Notes: generated by a model not told the origin, from the sequence alone. 64,000 bases of DNA from Candidatus Bathyarchaeota archaeon (GCA_963772455.1 CAVYXJ010000020.1:24754-88753), one strand, 5' to 3'. Numbered from the stretch's first letter, positions 32,304 to 44,097 are shown. Numbers and translations: made by a program.

Positions 32304-32411
32304 TCAGCCTCCCAGTCATCCCCGTTTGAAGCAACACGGCCCCTTAGCCCTCAAAGTATTGTATCTTGAGTATTAATATTTATATAGAAGTCAAGATATT
32401 AAAAATAAATA

Positions 32412-32440
32412 ATGAATCCAAAATTCATCAACCTTATCTA
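32412..32440 (+). promoter_or_regulatory. Dyad ATGAAT-N5-ATTCAT abutting TATA-like CTTATCTA
   Basis: Perfect dyad at 32412-32428, recurring in this block. Confidence 0.65.
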
Positions 32441-32478
32441 CATAATCAAATAATAAAACAAAAAAGAAAGGCGACACA

Positions 32479-33069
32479 ATGGCAAAACGCAACGATCCAA
32501 AAAAAAACTTAGACTATACAGAAGAAGACATGTCGGAAACAGAAGAATATTTCCAAACCGCCTCTACAACAAACCCCACCAACAAAAATAATTCAACTGA
32601 CAACAGTTTTGAGTTGCTAAACACACAAAAAGTCGATGACGGAGTAACAATAGGGGTCTTACCATCGAAAAAAACGGATACGAAGAGGAATTTGATGACA
32701 TCCTGCTTGAAACTATCGATGAGACATTATCATCGCTTGGAGAACCCGTCAAGAACGCGGTATATTTCCATCTTCAAACTAATTTTGGCATAAACAAGAA
32801 TGAAATCCCAAAAAAGATAAACGAGTTTCTCAAATATTATTCAGAAAATATTTGGTTCTGGCGCCGGTAGACTTGAAATAAAGTTGATGAAGACGCTTCA
32901 TTCAAAAATCAATGTCAGTATAAAATGGCCCGAATATGAAGCACCATTATCCAAGTGGTTAGTTGTGGATATGACCTTCATTGAATACGTGAATAATGCG
33001 CGTCAGAATTTTGAGGCAAATGCTAAAAAAACTTTGCTTGCTGACCAGAAAACTGTTGAAGCAATATGA
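32479..33069 (+). CDS. Stand-alone NitrOD5/DUF3227-like output-domain protein, two frameshifts
   Basis: Joining frames gives FDDILLETIDETLSSLGEPVKNAVYFHLQTNFGI..EIP...F...IQKIFGSGAGRLEIKLMKTL. Confidence 0.7.
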
Positions 33070-33135
33070 GGGCTATAATAGAACAAAAATTAAAGCATAA
33101 ACTTGAAACGGTTTTGAAATTGATGAATTATCTGG

Positions 33136-33165
33136 CTGTATCTGAAATTCATAATGTTTTATTAT
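33136..33165 (+). promoter_or_regulatory. Imperfect dyad CTGTAT-N5-ATTCAT abutting TTTATTAT upstream of the histidine kinase
   Basis: Same geometry as 32412 and 44103. Confidence 0.5.
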
Positions 33166-33349
33166 ATTCTCACGGTTAGATTTTATCGTTCCAGGGAAGG
33201 TTACTAGCAATCATGAACATTAAGAATTCAATTAAAGCAAGAAATGTCAACCAAAGAGATAAAATTGACTATCTTTACGTGTCCAGAAGTGAAACTACGG
33301 ATGCACCTGATTTCACAGTAGAAAATATGTTGATTGGTGAGATTTAAAA

Positions 33350-35266
33350 GTGGAAAACGAAGAAAAATTTCAGCTTATAACAAATTCTGTTAAAGACGCC
33401 ATTATTTTAGTTGATGAAGAATCAAAGGTAGCCTACTGGAATCCAGCGTCAGAAAAAACTTTTGGTTACACCAGTAAAGAGGCAATCGGTAAAAAAATAC
33501 ATGAACTTGTAGTTCCAACTTCAATGTGCCAAGAAGGACGCGATCGAATTGAACAAAGCGTGAAGATTTTTAATGAAACTGGCATGGGTTACTTCACTGT
33601 TGGAGACGTAGAGTTAATTGGTCGCCACAAGAATGGGACCGAATTCCCAGTGGAATTATCAATTTCACCTATAGAGTTATCGGGTAAATGGAACGCCGTT
33701 GGGGTAGTAAAAAACCTTAGCGAGAGAAAAAAAAGTGATCAGAAAACAAAAGAGGCTGAACAACGTTACCATGCTTTATTTAATCAGTCTCCTTTGGGAG
33801 TTTTGATTGTTGATCCAAAAACCTTGGGTTTTGTTGAATTCAACGATGTTGCTCATCAGCAATTAGGGTATAGCCGAGAAGAATTTGAAAAGTTAACATT
33901 AATAGATATAGAAGCTAAAGAATCTGAATATCAAGTAAAGTCTCATATTGCCAAGATGCTCAAGGATGGCAAAGAAGAGTTTGAGACCGAACACCAAACA
34001 AAAGATTGCCGCATTAAGAATATTTTGGTTAGTACAAGAGCTATAGAAATGAAAAATAGAAAATTGCTCCACTGCGTTTTTCACGATATAACTGAGATTA
34101 GAAATACACAAAAGTCGCTTATGGAAAGTGAGGCGCAATATCGTAATTTAGTTGAGCTTGCGCAAGAGGGTGTTTGGGTATTTGATAAGGAATATAATAC
34201 AACGTTTGTGAATCCTCGTATGGCTCAAATGTTGGGTTATGTTCAAAGTGAAATGCTCGGTAGGAGAGCTTTTGAGTTTTTGGACGCAAGTGTTGTTGAG
34301 CAAGCAGAGAATTTCCTTGGCAAATACGAATCGGGTCTGAGTGGTAATTTTGAGTATGAGATCAACCGGAAAGATGGATCCCGAATTTATGCAAGCATAG
34401 TGGCTTCTCCTATTAATGATGATCAGGGAATTTATATTGGGACTCTTGCTCTGGTTGCAGACGTTACTTTGCGAAAAGATATGGAGAAAAAGTTAGAGAA
34501 ATATTCTAAAAATCTTGAGGAAATAGTTCAGCAAAAAACCAGTCAGCTTGCTGATGCTCAAGCTCAAATAATAAAGTCGGAGAGGTTAACTGCTATTGGC
34601 GAATTAGCTGGAATGGTGGGGCATGATCTTCGCAATCCTTTAGCGGGCATTAAAAACGCTTCTTACTTCTTAAAAAAGAAGGAGACGCAAGGTTTGTCTG
34701 CTCAGTCTATAGAAATGCTTGAAATAATCAACCGATGCGTTGAACACTCTAACAAAATCATTAATGACCTTTTGGATTATTCTAGAGAAATGCGTTTGGA
34801 TAAAAAAGAAACTTCAATTGATAAACTGCTTATCCAGACTTTAGCTATGGTTCAAATTCCAAATAAAGTGACTGTAGTAAAAAAAGTTCCAGGTTCATCT
34901 AAATTGATGGCTGATCCGGACAGGCTTGAACGTGTCTTTATTAATTTAGTAAAGAACGCTGTTGACGCAATGCCTGATGGAGGGGTAATTTCGATTATCT
35001 GCAGGGAAGAGAATAACTATTTAGAACTTTCCTTTACTGATACTGGAATGGGAATTCCTGATGAGGCTTTGCCAAAGCTTTTCTCGCCTTTGTCAACTAC
35101 AAAAGCGCAAGGAATGGGTTTTGGTTTAGCGATATGTAAACGTATCGTGGAAGCTCATGGGGGAACTATTGGTTTTAAGACCTCTAAAGGGAAGGGCACA
35201 ACTTTCACAGTTACATTGCCAGTTGAAACAGCGCAGAAATTGGAGGTGAAAATGATTGAACAATGA
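33350..35266 (+). CDS. Cytoplasmic triple-PAS sensor histidine kinase
   Basis: Three PAS/PAC repeats, H-box GHDLRNPL, N-box NLVKNA, DTGMG and GMGFGL G-boxes; no TM. Confidence 0.95.
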   Translation: MENEEKFQLITNSVKDAIILVDEESKVAYWNPASEKTFGYTSKEAIGKKIHELVVPTSMCQEGRDRIEQSVKIFNETGMGYFTVGDVELIGRHKNGTEFPVELSISPIELSGKWNAVGVVKNLSERKKSDQKTKEAEQRYHALFNQSPLGVLIVDPKTLGFVEFNDVAHQQLGYSREEFEKLTLIDIEAKESEYQVKSHIAKMLKDGKEEFETEHQTKDCRIKNILVSTRAIEMKNRKLLHCVFHDITEIRNTQKSLMESEAQYRNLVELAQEGVWVFDKEYNTTFVNPRMAQMLGYVQSEMLGRRAFEFLDASVVEQAENFLGKYESGLSGNFEYEINRKDGSRIYASIVASPINDDQGIYIGTLALVADVTLRKDMEKKLEKYSKNLEEIVQQKTSQLADAQAQIIKSERLTAIGELAGMVGHDLRNPLAGIKNASYFLKKKETQGLSAQSIEMLEIINRCVEHSNKIINDLLDYSREMRLDKKETSIDKLLIQTLAMVQIPNKVTVVKKVPGSSKLMADPDRLERVFINLVKNAVDAMPDGGVISIICREENNYLELSFTDTGMGIPDEALPKLFSPLSTTKAQGMGFGLAICKRIVEAHGGTIGFKTSKGKGTTFTVTLPVETAQKLEVKMIEQ

Positions 35267-35696
35267 AACTAGAATACTAATTGTTGATGACGATGACACC
35301 ATAAGATCTACCATGAAAGCAATTCTTGAAGATGAAGGATACGAAGTTGATTTAGCTGCAAGTGGAAAAGAAGGCGTACAAAAAGCAAAAGACACATCCT
35401 ACAATATAGCTCTCTTAGACATCCGATTGCCCGACATGGAAGGCGTAGAACTACTAAAACTCATGAAACCCGCCGTACCTAGAACCCGAAAAATAATGGT
35501 AACAGGATACCCCTCAACGCAAAACGCTATAGAAGCTTTAAACAAGAATGCAGACGCATACCTGATAAAACCTGTAGATATCGAGAAACTGCTTAACACA
35601 ATAAAAGAGCAGTTGAAGTTGCAGGAAGAAGAAAAAAGCTTCAATGAAGAAAAGGTAGCTGAATTTATTGAATCTCGAGTCAAAGAAATTATCTAA
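35256..35696 (+). CDS. Single-domain response regulator (REC)
   Basis: IVDDD, LLDIRLPD (phospho-Asp), VTGY, KP; overlaps the kinase stop. Confidence 0.95.
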   Translation: MNNETRILIVDDDDTIRSTMKAILEDEGYEVDLAASGKEGVQKAKDTSYNIALLDIRLPDMEGVELLKLMKPAVPRTRKIMVTGYPSTQNAIEALNKNADAYLIKPVDIEKLLNTIKEQLKLQEEEKSFNEEKVAEFIESRVKEII

Positions 35697-35719
35697 TTTT
35701 TTTCTTTTCTTTGTTTTTT
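35696..35719 (+). terminator. Oligo-T archaeal terminator
   Basis: T-rich tract directly after the stop codon. Confidence 0.55.
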
Positions 35720-36386
35720 AATATTTTGTAGAGAGCTTTCCAGTTGATAGGGAAATTTTAATGAATTGTTTTTTGGATAAAATCTTGGCTTTAATATTGA
35801 TGAGTGCAAAAAACATGTATAGGATAAATTCTTAAAATAAATTGTAGACCTAATATAATTCTAAATGCAAAGTTTCACTTAGCTTACACGGGTTTCGAAT
35901 AAATTCAGTGGCTCTAAAAATTATGCCGTTTCTATAGGAAGAGCTCAATACCGCTTAATAAGAAAAATCGACCTAAGTTGATTGTTAAGTCAGATGTGCT
36001 TTTAGTAAAAATATCAAAGATTGACAGATGCATTGTCATTGAAAAAAAGGAGCTGAGATAATTGTGATTAGTATTCCCGAGGCAAAGACCTGAATAATCC
36101 AATGTTCGCGCTCTCTTGATTTGACTCAAGTTATTTTCTTAACAAAATGCTGACCAGGAGCCCAAAAATTGTTACCCAGAAGAGATTTCTGTCAAATAGA
36201 ATTATTTTTTATATAGGCTTGCTAGTTGTTAATACATAGCCACTAAGAATGCCTGTTGAATAGAATATCAACAGAAGAGAAATAAAAATAAAACAGATTG
36301 AGTTTTTTTCTATGTTGTAAATTAGGGCTTTGAGTGATTCATAGGGCTTCAAATGTTTCGACTACTGATGTGGAAATTTTAGGAGA

Positions 36387-37602
36387 CTATCTTTTTTTTA
36401 CGCCCATAAATTTATTTAGGAAGGATTTCTTTTGTGTTTTATCCTGTTTTGGTTGTTGATCAGAGGAAGAAACTTTGGCTTGTTTTGTTGTTTCTAAGTT
36501 CTTTTCAATTTCGCTCTTTATTCGCGCTATTACTTCTGGTTCTTCGATTGAGCCTTCAATAAGTAGAATGTTATGACCTTGTGCAATTTTCTTGGCAGTT
36601 TCATTTAGTTGGGGAATGGCAACAAAAATTGGAACATCGACGTTGACTTCGGAAGTTTTGTATAGATACAAAATTATTGGCGATGTAGCAACTTCGGTTT
36701 CACTCACTGCATGATCTAATGCAATAACCTTTTCTTGTCCATCTATTAGTTTCTTAGCAATTAGACTAAAATGATGTTGCATTCCACTTTTTTGACCGAA
36801 TACTAATCCAGGAATTTCAACGCTGAATCCTAAATCTGTTAGAAGATTTTGAATATTTTCTAAGCTTTCTACGTTTTGCCTAATTTCTTTTCGTCGTTGC
36901 AGGTTTAATGAGAATTTTGGTATATCAATAACTTGAGCTTCTTTTATCGTGAAGTTTTTATTGCAGCTTCTGCAGACTAGGTCAAACTCGGGATTTTCAA
37001 ATTTTTCGCTGCATTCTTGACATACATACCAGCGTCCCATGTTTCTGTATTGACGTTCAACAAGGACTTCTCCACATTTGGGACATGTATCATTAATGTA
37101 CTTGTCTCTTTGGTCGATGTATCCGCAAGGAATATGTTCGGTTAAGCTTGTTTTGTTAACGTTGTGGCTTTTACATTTTGGACATCGATTGTGTAATGTA
37201 AGGAGTGTTGATTGACAATTTGGACATATTGAAACTGAATCAAAGAAAGTTTTTTTGAGTATGCCTAGTTGCGCGAGGTTTTCTAAAGTGGTTTTTGAGA
37301 GTTTATCTGTTTCGGCAATATTTAATGTGCTAATAGTTGAATGATATTCGAATCCTAAGCCTGGATTGTATTTGGGAATTATTTCTACGTTATTTCCATC
37401 TTCGAGTAATCTTCTTAGGAGGTCGCGCGTTTGGGGTTCAATATATGCTCCTCTTCTCTCCTAGTTCTATTTTGTCTTCTTGAGAGATAGTCTTTGCTAC
37501 TTCAGTATTTTTTTCTGCACCAATTTTTTCCTTTGGCTGCTCTGCTATCTTTTTTGGATCGGTTTTTTGTTGTTGATTTTTCATTTCTTTAACGACGTCC
37601 AT
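36387..37602 (-). CDS. TackOD1-like multi-CxxC zinc-binding protein with C-terminal Mrr/restriction-endonuclease-like fold; frameshift near 37460
   Basis: Upstream frame reads CPNC...CPKC...EHIPCG...CPKC then CQEC...CRSC; C-terminus has G.KSGMQHHFSL..IALD. Confidence 0.72.
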
Positions 37603-37636
37603 TTTGATTATCTATTTGTATTTTATATCGGTTTGT

Positions 37637-38467
37637 TTAACTAAGGAATAAATAGAATGCTATTCCTGAAGCTATTGATAATATTGTTACGTGTTTTAAC
37701 CCGTCGATGAATGAGTCTTCGTTGATTTTTCCCGCGATTAATCCTCCGAAGAGGGCTTCGATCAATGAGGCATGAAGAAATAGTCGTCTTGATGCTTCTT
37801 GGGATATTATGGGTTTAATAAAAGATACGCTGCCTGCGCCAGTTTGACTCAAGGGAGTAAACATCATGTTGGAAATGATGATAATTATGAATAGAAACAT
37901 GAAGACTGAGAAGTAGAAATATTAAAACATAAGGTGTGGTTTGTTGTCGTCTTTTTGCTGTCCAAGAGTTAATGCTATCAAGGTACTTTGCTGTGGAGTC
38001 AAAGATGTTGGATAGGTCGCCTCCGTGTTTTGCTGCTTCATTGATCAGTACAGTTGCTTTTTTGATTAGGGGTAAATCTATTCTATTACCTAATTCGTCT
38101 AGAGCATCGTTGAAGTTCATGCCCCAACTCATGTGAGCAACTAATAGTTTCAGTTCGTAGGTTAGTGGACCGTAGATTCGGTTTGAAGCGTGTTCAAGGG
38201 CTACTTGCAGGGGTATTCCTGTTCTTGATGCAGTTGCTAAGTCTCTTAGAAAGTCGGGAGTTGCTTTTTCAATTTTGATTTTCCAGCGGTTATGAATTAT
38301 GCTTGCTATGCTTGGAGGTAAAACGCCTATTGTTAGATGCTATTACTATCATGTAGTCTAATGTGGGGGATGTTAGATAGAAAACTGAGGCAATAACGAA
38401 GAAGAATATGGCTGCAGCTGCAGAAATGATGGATATTCGTTTCATGGTCTTTTTTGGTTACTTTCAT
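37637..38467 (-). CDS. Type II secretion F / TadC-like pilus platform protein 2, several frameshifts
   Basis: IEKATPDFLRDLA, YGPLTYEL, SWG, GGDL, GLIAGKI..GLKH fragments. Confidence 0.8.
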
Positions 38468-38475
38468 ATTTGCTC

Positions 38476-39359
38476 TCACTTTTCGAATGTTGACATTATT
38501 ACCATCATTATTGCACCCATTATGGGGATTCCAAGGTAGGTTAGCAAATAGAGAATTAGTGACATGCTAAAGCCTCCAAATGAGCTGCTGCCTATCATAC
38601 CTAAGGTAACGAAGAGCACTATGAATAGTAGTGGAGCGGCGACTAGCATCATAATGTAGATTTCTGCCATTGCTGAGAGTGATTCTAGCATCATGTCTAG
38701 TTTACCTATTCGCTCTTTTGTCACGGCTTCGGTTGTAATTTTTAGGTATTCTGTTGGGTTTCCTCCGGTTCTAACTGTAGCTACGTAGCCTTCGAGAATT
38801 TCGCCAAGTTGATCATTGGGTGTTAGTTTGGCGTTGTCAACAATTGAACTTAGAAGGTCTCCGCCAAAGACTTCTACATCTCTTATTATATTGCTAAATT
38901 CTAAGCGTACTTCTTTGAGGGTATCAATTTTGGCCATTGATTCGAAAATAATACTTGGTGGAACGTTTGAGCTTGAAAGAAGAGTTAGAAAATTGCTTAC
39001 ATATGGTAAGTTTCTATCGATTGGTCCTTTTCTACTGCTTGCTTTCATACCTGGATAAAGGTACATTATCATTAGTGTTATCAGCGCTGCTGAGGCTGCA
39101 ATTACTAAACTAAATGATAAATTCAATATCTGATAGTAAGGGAATACCGCTTAGAAGTGGCAAGAGAATGAAATGCTATGGGGATTGTGGCTGCAAAAAC
39201 AATTATCGAGGTTAATATCATGAAGGCGATGTATGCTTTGAATGCGATCAGTACGCCGCCTTTTTTGAGCTGGATGTGTATTTCTTGAAATTGTGGGTAG
39301 ATTCGTTCTAGTCTCTTGTTTAGTAGGTTGTATGCGGTTGTCCAGGGTTGAAATTTCAT
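38476..39359 (-). CDS. Type II secretion F / TadC-like pilus platform protein 1, frameshift near 39130
   Basis: IDRNLPY, FGGDL, LESLSAMAEIY; start adjacent to the ATPase stop. Confidence 0.82.
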
Positions 39360-39361
39360 TG

Positions 39362-41000
39362 TTAGCTCACTTTTGCTTTTCGGTATATTTGTTGTGGGTC
39401 AGAGAAGTAGTCTAAGACTAGTTTGGAGACTTCTTCGTAGGAGCGTATGTGTTTTCTTACCATGTATTCGAGGATTGTTTGTCTCATCTGTAGTTCTTGA
39501 TCTATTTCTTCGTGAGAGTATCCCCATTGAGCGGCTATTCTGTCTAGTAGTGGGCTTCTTGCTACTTTGAGGTATGTGTCTGTTTTTGTATCCCATCTGA
39601 ATATTTCTTGGGTTGCGAAATCGTTTTTTTGTTTGTCCCAGCCGGTCATTTCTGATACACTTATTGTTCTTCGCAGAGAAATGTTGTTTACAACTAGTCT
39701 TCGCACTATTGAGATGGCGTTTAGGTTTTCAACTTGAGTTTGTGGGATGTTCATGGGTCTTGTTGTAAGTCGGTGTAGGACACCTTCTACGTCTTCTGCG
39801 TGTATAGTTGTTAAGCCTAAGTGACCTGTTGCCATAGCTTGGAATAGTGCATAGGCTTCTTCGCCTCTGATTTCGCCTACAATGATGAAGTCTGGTCTTT
39901 GTCTTAGGGCGGCTCTGAGTAAGTCGAACATGCTGATGCTGCCGATTCCGGCTTCACCAACGGCGCCTGCGCCTGAACCTAAACCTTGTCTTGTAACCAT
40001 CATTTCCCAGTTTTCGTGGGGTAAACGTATTTCTTGTGTGTCTTCTATGCTCACTATTTTTAGTGTTGGTCTAATGAATAGGCTGATGGCGTTTAGCATT
40101 GAGGTTTTTCCTCCGCCGATGTCGCCGCCAATCATGAACTGAGTGCCTGTTTTCTATTAAGAACCAATAATATGCTGCTATTTCTGGCAGAGAGAGCTTT
40201 GTATATTATTAAGTCGATGATTGTTAGGGGGGTTTTTTTGAATTTTCTGATTGTGAAGGTGCTGCCTTTAGGTGTTACTTCTGTTCCATATGTTACTTGA
40301 GCTCTGCTGCCATCGGTTAATGTTCCGTCAAGAATTGGTTGTGCGATTGAGATGTGTCTGCCACATAGAGTAGGCAAGTTTGAAGACAAAGTTTTCTAGT
40401 TCTTGAGCAGTTTCGAATTTTACATTTGATGGTATGGATTCATATTTGCGGTGCCAAACAAATATTGGCGAGTTAGTGCCATCACATGAGACGTCTTCAA
40501 TGTTTTCGTCTCTCATAATGCCATCGATCTTTCCAAAACCTAAGAAATCTCGAGCGATGTAATACTGGTATTTGCCCAACGTGTTTGCATCAACGTTTAT
40601 ACGGTATTTTATTGCTGTATCTAAAATTTTAAACTTTAAAAATTCCTCAGAGTCTTGCGCATTTCTTAAAACTTTTTGTATTAATCGAAAGTTCATCCCA
40701 CAGAATATTTTTAAGTTCTGCTTAACAATTTTTTATCTAATTCTGTTAGTGTCGGTTCGAGAAGTGAATATTTTACTTCGTTCTTTTCGTTTTCAACAAT
40801 TGCGGCATAAGAGAAGGGTAACAAAAGAGGGTAGTGCTCTTTGAATGTTTCTTGAACATCTAATTCCCCAGCAACATCCGTGTGGATTTTCAACAGCAGG
40901 ACCAGGCTATTGCCTCATCAATAACTGAGGCATTCTCTGTTGGAGACTGTGATTGCTCAGATTTCTTTTCGCGTTTCCAAATCTTCAAGTTAGCTACCAC
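39362..41000 (-). CDS. Type IV pilus/secretion ATPase (TadA/VirB11/FlaI family), several frameshifts
   Basis: DENIEDVSCDG, FTIRKF, Walker A GGGKTS, SIEDTQE, Walker B LRQRPDFIIVGEIRG, TGH..TIHA. Confidence 0.9.
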
Positions 41001-41379
41001 ACGATTAATTCTTTAAGAGTCAATATAAACCATGCAACTTTAATTCCAATATTAGGCAGATATGGCTCTGGTTTGATGCTCCTTTCATAAAATGACTAAT
41101 CACTATTCAAACACCGTCTCGAATATCTTTGATTGTTGTGCCTAAAAGATGAGCAGTCAAATGATGCCTCAATTGTAAATAATAGAGTAGAGGACTTTTG
41201 TGATGTTTCGTTTTTTAACCTGTCAGCCCGATTTTGGTAGTACTCAACCGAGATATTTAGTGATTAAAGAAGAACTCGTGCCATGTCCAAACATGATTCG
41301 CCAACGCCTCTATCTTCCAGGGGCTCTTGAAGCTTCTTCGCCTTATTCAGATTCTCCAGTGGATAGTTCGCACTGTGTT

Positions 41380-42486
41380 CTAAGGCAATGTTTGAATAGC
41401 GACGTATGTAATTGTCTGCCCGAAAGTGTATTGTGAGCCTTGATACCTCCAGAATAAGACAAGGAATGTCCAGCAGAGGTTCTCAGAATTGTTACCATTA
41501 TCCCCATCACCTTGGAGAGGTTGATACTCGTTCTCAGGATTCAAGAATGAGGTCCCGCCCACGGTTTCAGATCCAAACTTCAGAGTGGCAATCTGTCCAG
41601 CAGGTAGGACCTGCATATAATCCGGACTATATTGGGATAAACTCGAATAGGTGCTTGAAGGCCCAACGATGTGGAAGTAGCGTTCATACTCTGTTGTGCC
41701 TGGGTCACCATCACCAGATAGCTCCCTGACTTCGACTAAAAAAAATGATTGCCGACTAATTTCAATGTTCTGTTTTGCTACATTCTCGATTTGTATATCA
41801 AAACAGATACGCTGATTATCATTATCAATTTGGAATGCAGATTGAGGAATCGAGACATCAGGCATACTCCCTGCAGGATTACTAGGTAAAGGTGGAGAAT
41901 TATCAGCTGTGAACTGGAATGATTGGTTACTAAATCGCAAAACAAACGGTCCAACGTAAAATTCGCCCCCTGTACCTGATTCAATTGTAGGAATATTAGG
42001 TCCAATATCTCCGGGTGTAAATTGGTTGCCTCTTGCTGTTACAAACCAAAATCTGATTGGATCTCTAACAGGGTCAGCTATTTGAACATTAACTGTACCA
42101 TTATAAAACTTTGTTCGACCTTGTTGCAAAATACCATCTGTACTTGAAATTTGCAAAGACCCTGTGTTATTATTTGATAGGTCTTGAACCCATAAGCGAA
42201 TGACTTGAACTGGTAGATTTCCAGTGTTAGTAAGGTTACAATTAACGGTTACGCTGTTAGCATTGATAGTGCTCACTTGGTCGGTGATTGTTAGCTGTTC
42301 ATTTGCTTTATCATTGTCCAGTTGCCTAGTCAGTATTATCGTTCGTTCGAGACCTGTGTTTTGATTGAGAATAGTCATAAAGCTTGCAAAAACAACCATA
42401 GTTATTAGTAAGAAAAAGACCATTCCGAAGATTGTGGCAATGCCCCTTCTGTTTCTTCGAAAATTATGGTGTAAATTCACAGTCAA
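41380..42486 (-). CDS. Large minor pilin/adhesin with class III signal peptide
   Basis: RRNRRG/IATIFGMVFFLLITMVVF, followed by NEQL and NTGNLPVQVIRLWV. Confidence 0.78.
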   Translation of the reverse strand: MTVNLHHNFRRNRRGIATIFGMVFFLLITMVVFASFMTILNQNTGLERTIILTRQLDNDKANEQLTITDQVSTINANSVTVNCNLTNTGNLPVQVIRLWVQDLSNNNTGSLQISSTDGILQQGRTKFYNGTVNVQIADPVRDPIRFWFVTARGNQFTPGDIGPNIPTIESGTGGEFYVGPFVLRFSNQSFQFTADNSPPLPSNPAGSMPDVSIPQSAFQIDNDNQRICFDIQIENVAKQNIEISRQSFFLVEVRELSGDGDPGTTEYERYFHIVGPSSTYSSLSQYSPDYMQVLPAGQIATLKFGSETVGGTSFLNPENEYQPLQGDGDNGNNSENLCWTFLVLFWRYQGSQYTFGQTITYVAIQTLP

Positions 42487-42507
42487 AATAGCTCCCGCTT
42501 TGAGTTA

Positions 42508-42996
42508 TTAAATGAATAGTGTAAATTGATCCAGAAGTGAAGAGGGACCAGCCAATGTGACGGTAAAGTACGCTTCTTTTCCGACGTTTAGAACGTTTCC
42601 TGTAATTGGTGCCGATGTGGGGATACTCCCATCGATAGGATTCAATGCAGAAATCGAATTTCCTGAATATACTCCGACAATGCTACGACTTGCATTGTAG
42701 ATGAAAACTGAGTTGATTTTTAAGTTGTTTGCACTTCCAGAATTAAGAATGTAAATCTTTAATGTTGGAGGAAAAGATTGTGTATAAACGACATTTTCGA
42801 AGCTTATGCGCTCAGCGATGGATTGCTGACTATCAGACAAAGTGTTAACATAATCATTTGTGGCAGTTGCAGTAATGTTACTTGCATAATAATAAGCGAC
42901 TGTACCAAAAACAATAATAATTGAAGCTAATAAAACCGTAGCAAATATTGGACTAAGCGCACGCTTATCATGTGACCAAATATCAAGTGTTCCCAT
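42508..42996 (-). CDS. Type IV pilin (archaeal flagellin-like N-terminus); C-terminus possibly frameshifted
   Basis: KRA/LSPIFATVLLASIIIVFG, ERISFE, ILNSG. Confidence 0.85.
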   Translation of the reverse strand: MGTLDIWSHDKRALSPIFATVLLASIIIVFGTVAYYYASNITATATNDYVNTLSDSQQSIAERISFENVVYTQSFPPTLKIYILNSGSANNLKINSVFIYNASRSIVGVYSGNSISALNPIDGSIPTSAPITGNVLNVGKEAYFTVTLAGPSSLLDQFTLFI

Positions 42997-43194
42997 TTAC
43001 CACACCCAACCGTTTATCTTGGGAGCTATTCTTTTCTCGCTTGATTGCGAATCTATACACGTAACATTCATTTTTATCTTTTCCAGTATGCTAACATTCC
43101 ATTTGCTTTGTTTATTAATAAACTAGGTATTTTTGATTTCTTGAACCGAACTATCGAGAAAAAAAAGAAAAATCTTAGCGGAAAAACCCGCTAA

Positions 43195-43659
43195 CTAAAC
43201 TGTGAATGAAGGCGAAACGAAACTGCCGCCAGCATTTGTCACCAATGTCGCTGTATAGGTGCCTGAAGTTCGAGCGGTTGCAAGTGCTACTCCGGGTATG
43301 GTGTACAATGTCCCCTTAGCAAGGGCATTACCTGTCACGGCCGGTGAAATTGTTCCTATGCCAACAGTAGCTACTGTATTGCCTGTTGAGTCTTTAATTA
43401 TTATGCTGCTGACAACTGGAGTAGGACCACCTGTGGTTTGAGCATATATGGTCACTATCTTTGTGGTCGCGCCACTATAACTTGAAGCTTGCACAGTAAT
43501 TTTTTCTTGTGCTGTACTGTTCCGCCTCCAGTCATGGTCGCTAATGTTCCGCTTGTAAAAGTGTAAACAACGACACCTGCGATGACTGCGATTGCGATGA
43601 GTATTAGGGTTGCGAAATATTGGTGAGATAGCTTTTATGTTACGATTAAAGTTTTTCAT
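43195..43659 (-). CDS. Probable major type IV pilin, two compensating frameshifts
   Basis: Corrected frame gives KA/ISPIFATLILIAIAVIAGVVVYTFTSG. Confidence 0.82.
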   Translation of the reverse strand: MKNFNRNIKAISPIFRNPNTHRNRSHRRCRCLHFYKRNISDHDWRRNSTAQEKITVQASSYSGATTKIVTIYAQTTGGPTPVVSSIIIKDSTGNTVATVGIGTISPAVTGNALAKGTLYTIPGVALATARTSGTYTATLVTNAGGSFVSPSFTV

Positions 43660-43824
43660 TTTTATCTTTGCACCTCCATCCGAAATTTTCCATTTGATGT
43701 TTTATTCCGGCAGTTGATTTATAAACACTGTTAATTTCCGCTAAATGGTACAAATCTATGTTTTTGAATTTAGCCAGTCTGTAAGAACAAATAATTGCTT
43801 GAAAGTAATGTAACTATGGGCATA

Positions 43825-43841
43825 TTGAATATTAAATTCAA
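43825..43841. promoter_or_regulatory. Perfect dyad TTGAAT-N5-ATTCAA in the pilin/TFB divergent intergenic region
   Basis: Matches the recurring dyad. Confidence 0.5.
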
Positions 43842-44097
43842 ATAGCATCAATGAAGCTTAAAATTTACAACTATCATATTTTTATTGTAATACAAAATAT
43901 AACTTTGGATCACGAGAATTGGGTCAATGAATATAACAGTTAGAATAAGGCTGTGATTTGTTTAATAAGATTATAGTTTCTAGGGTTGACATTGGCACAT
44001 CACCAAAAACTCAATATTTTTTAATAAAATTTATTAATTAATAAAAATATTATGGTATATACAATGTTTAATTAAATTTAGTAAAGATTATTGATTG

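Noticed and set aside
37637-43659. Archaellum operon
   Set aside because: No FlaH/ArlH, ArlF/G or chemotaxis genes; two TadC-like genes and short pilins fit an adhesive type IV pilus better
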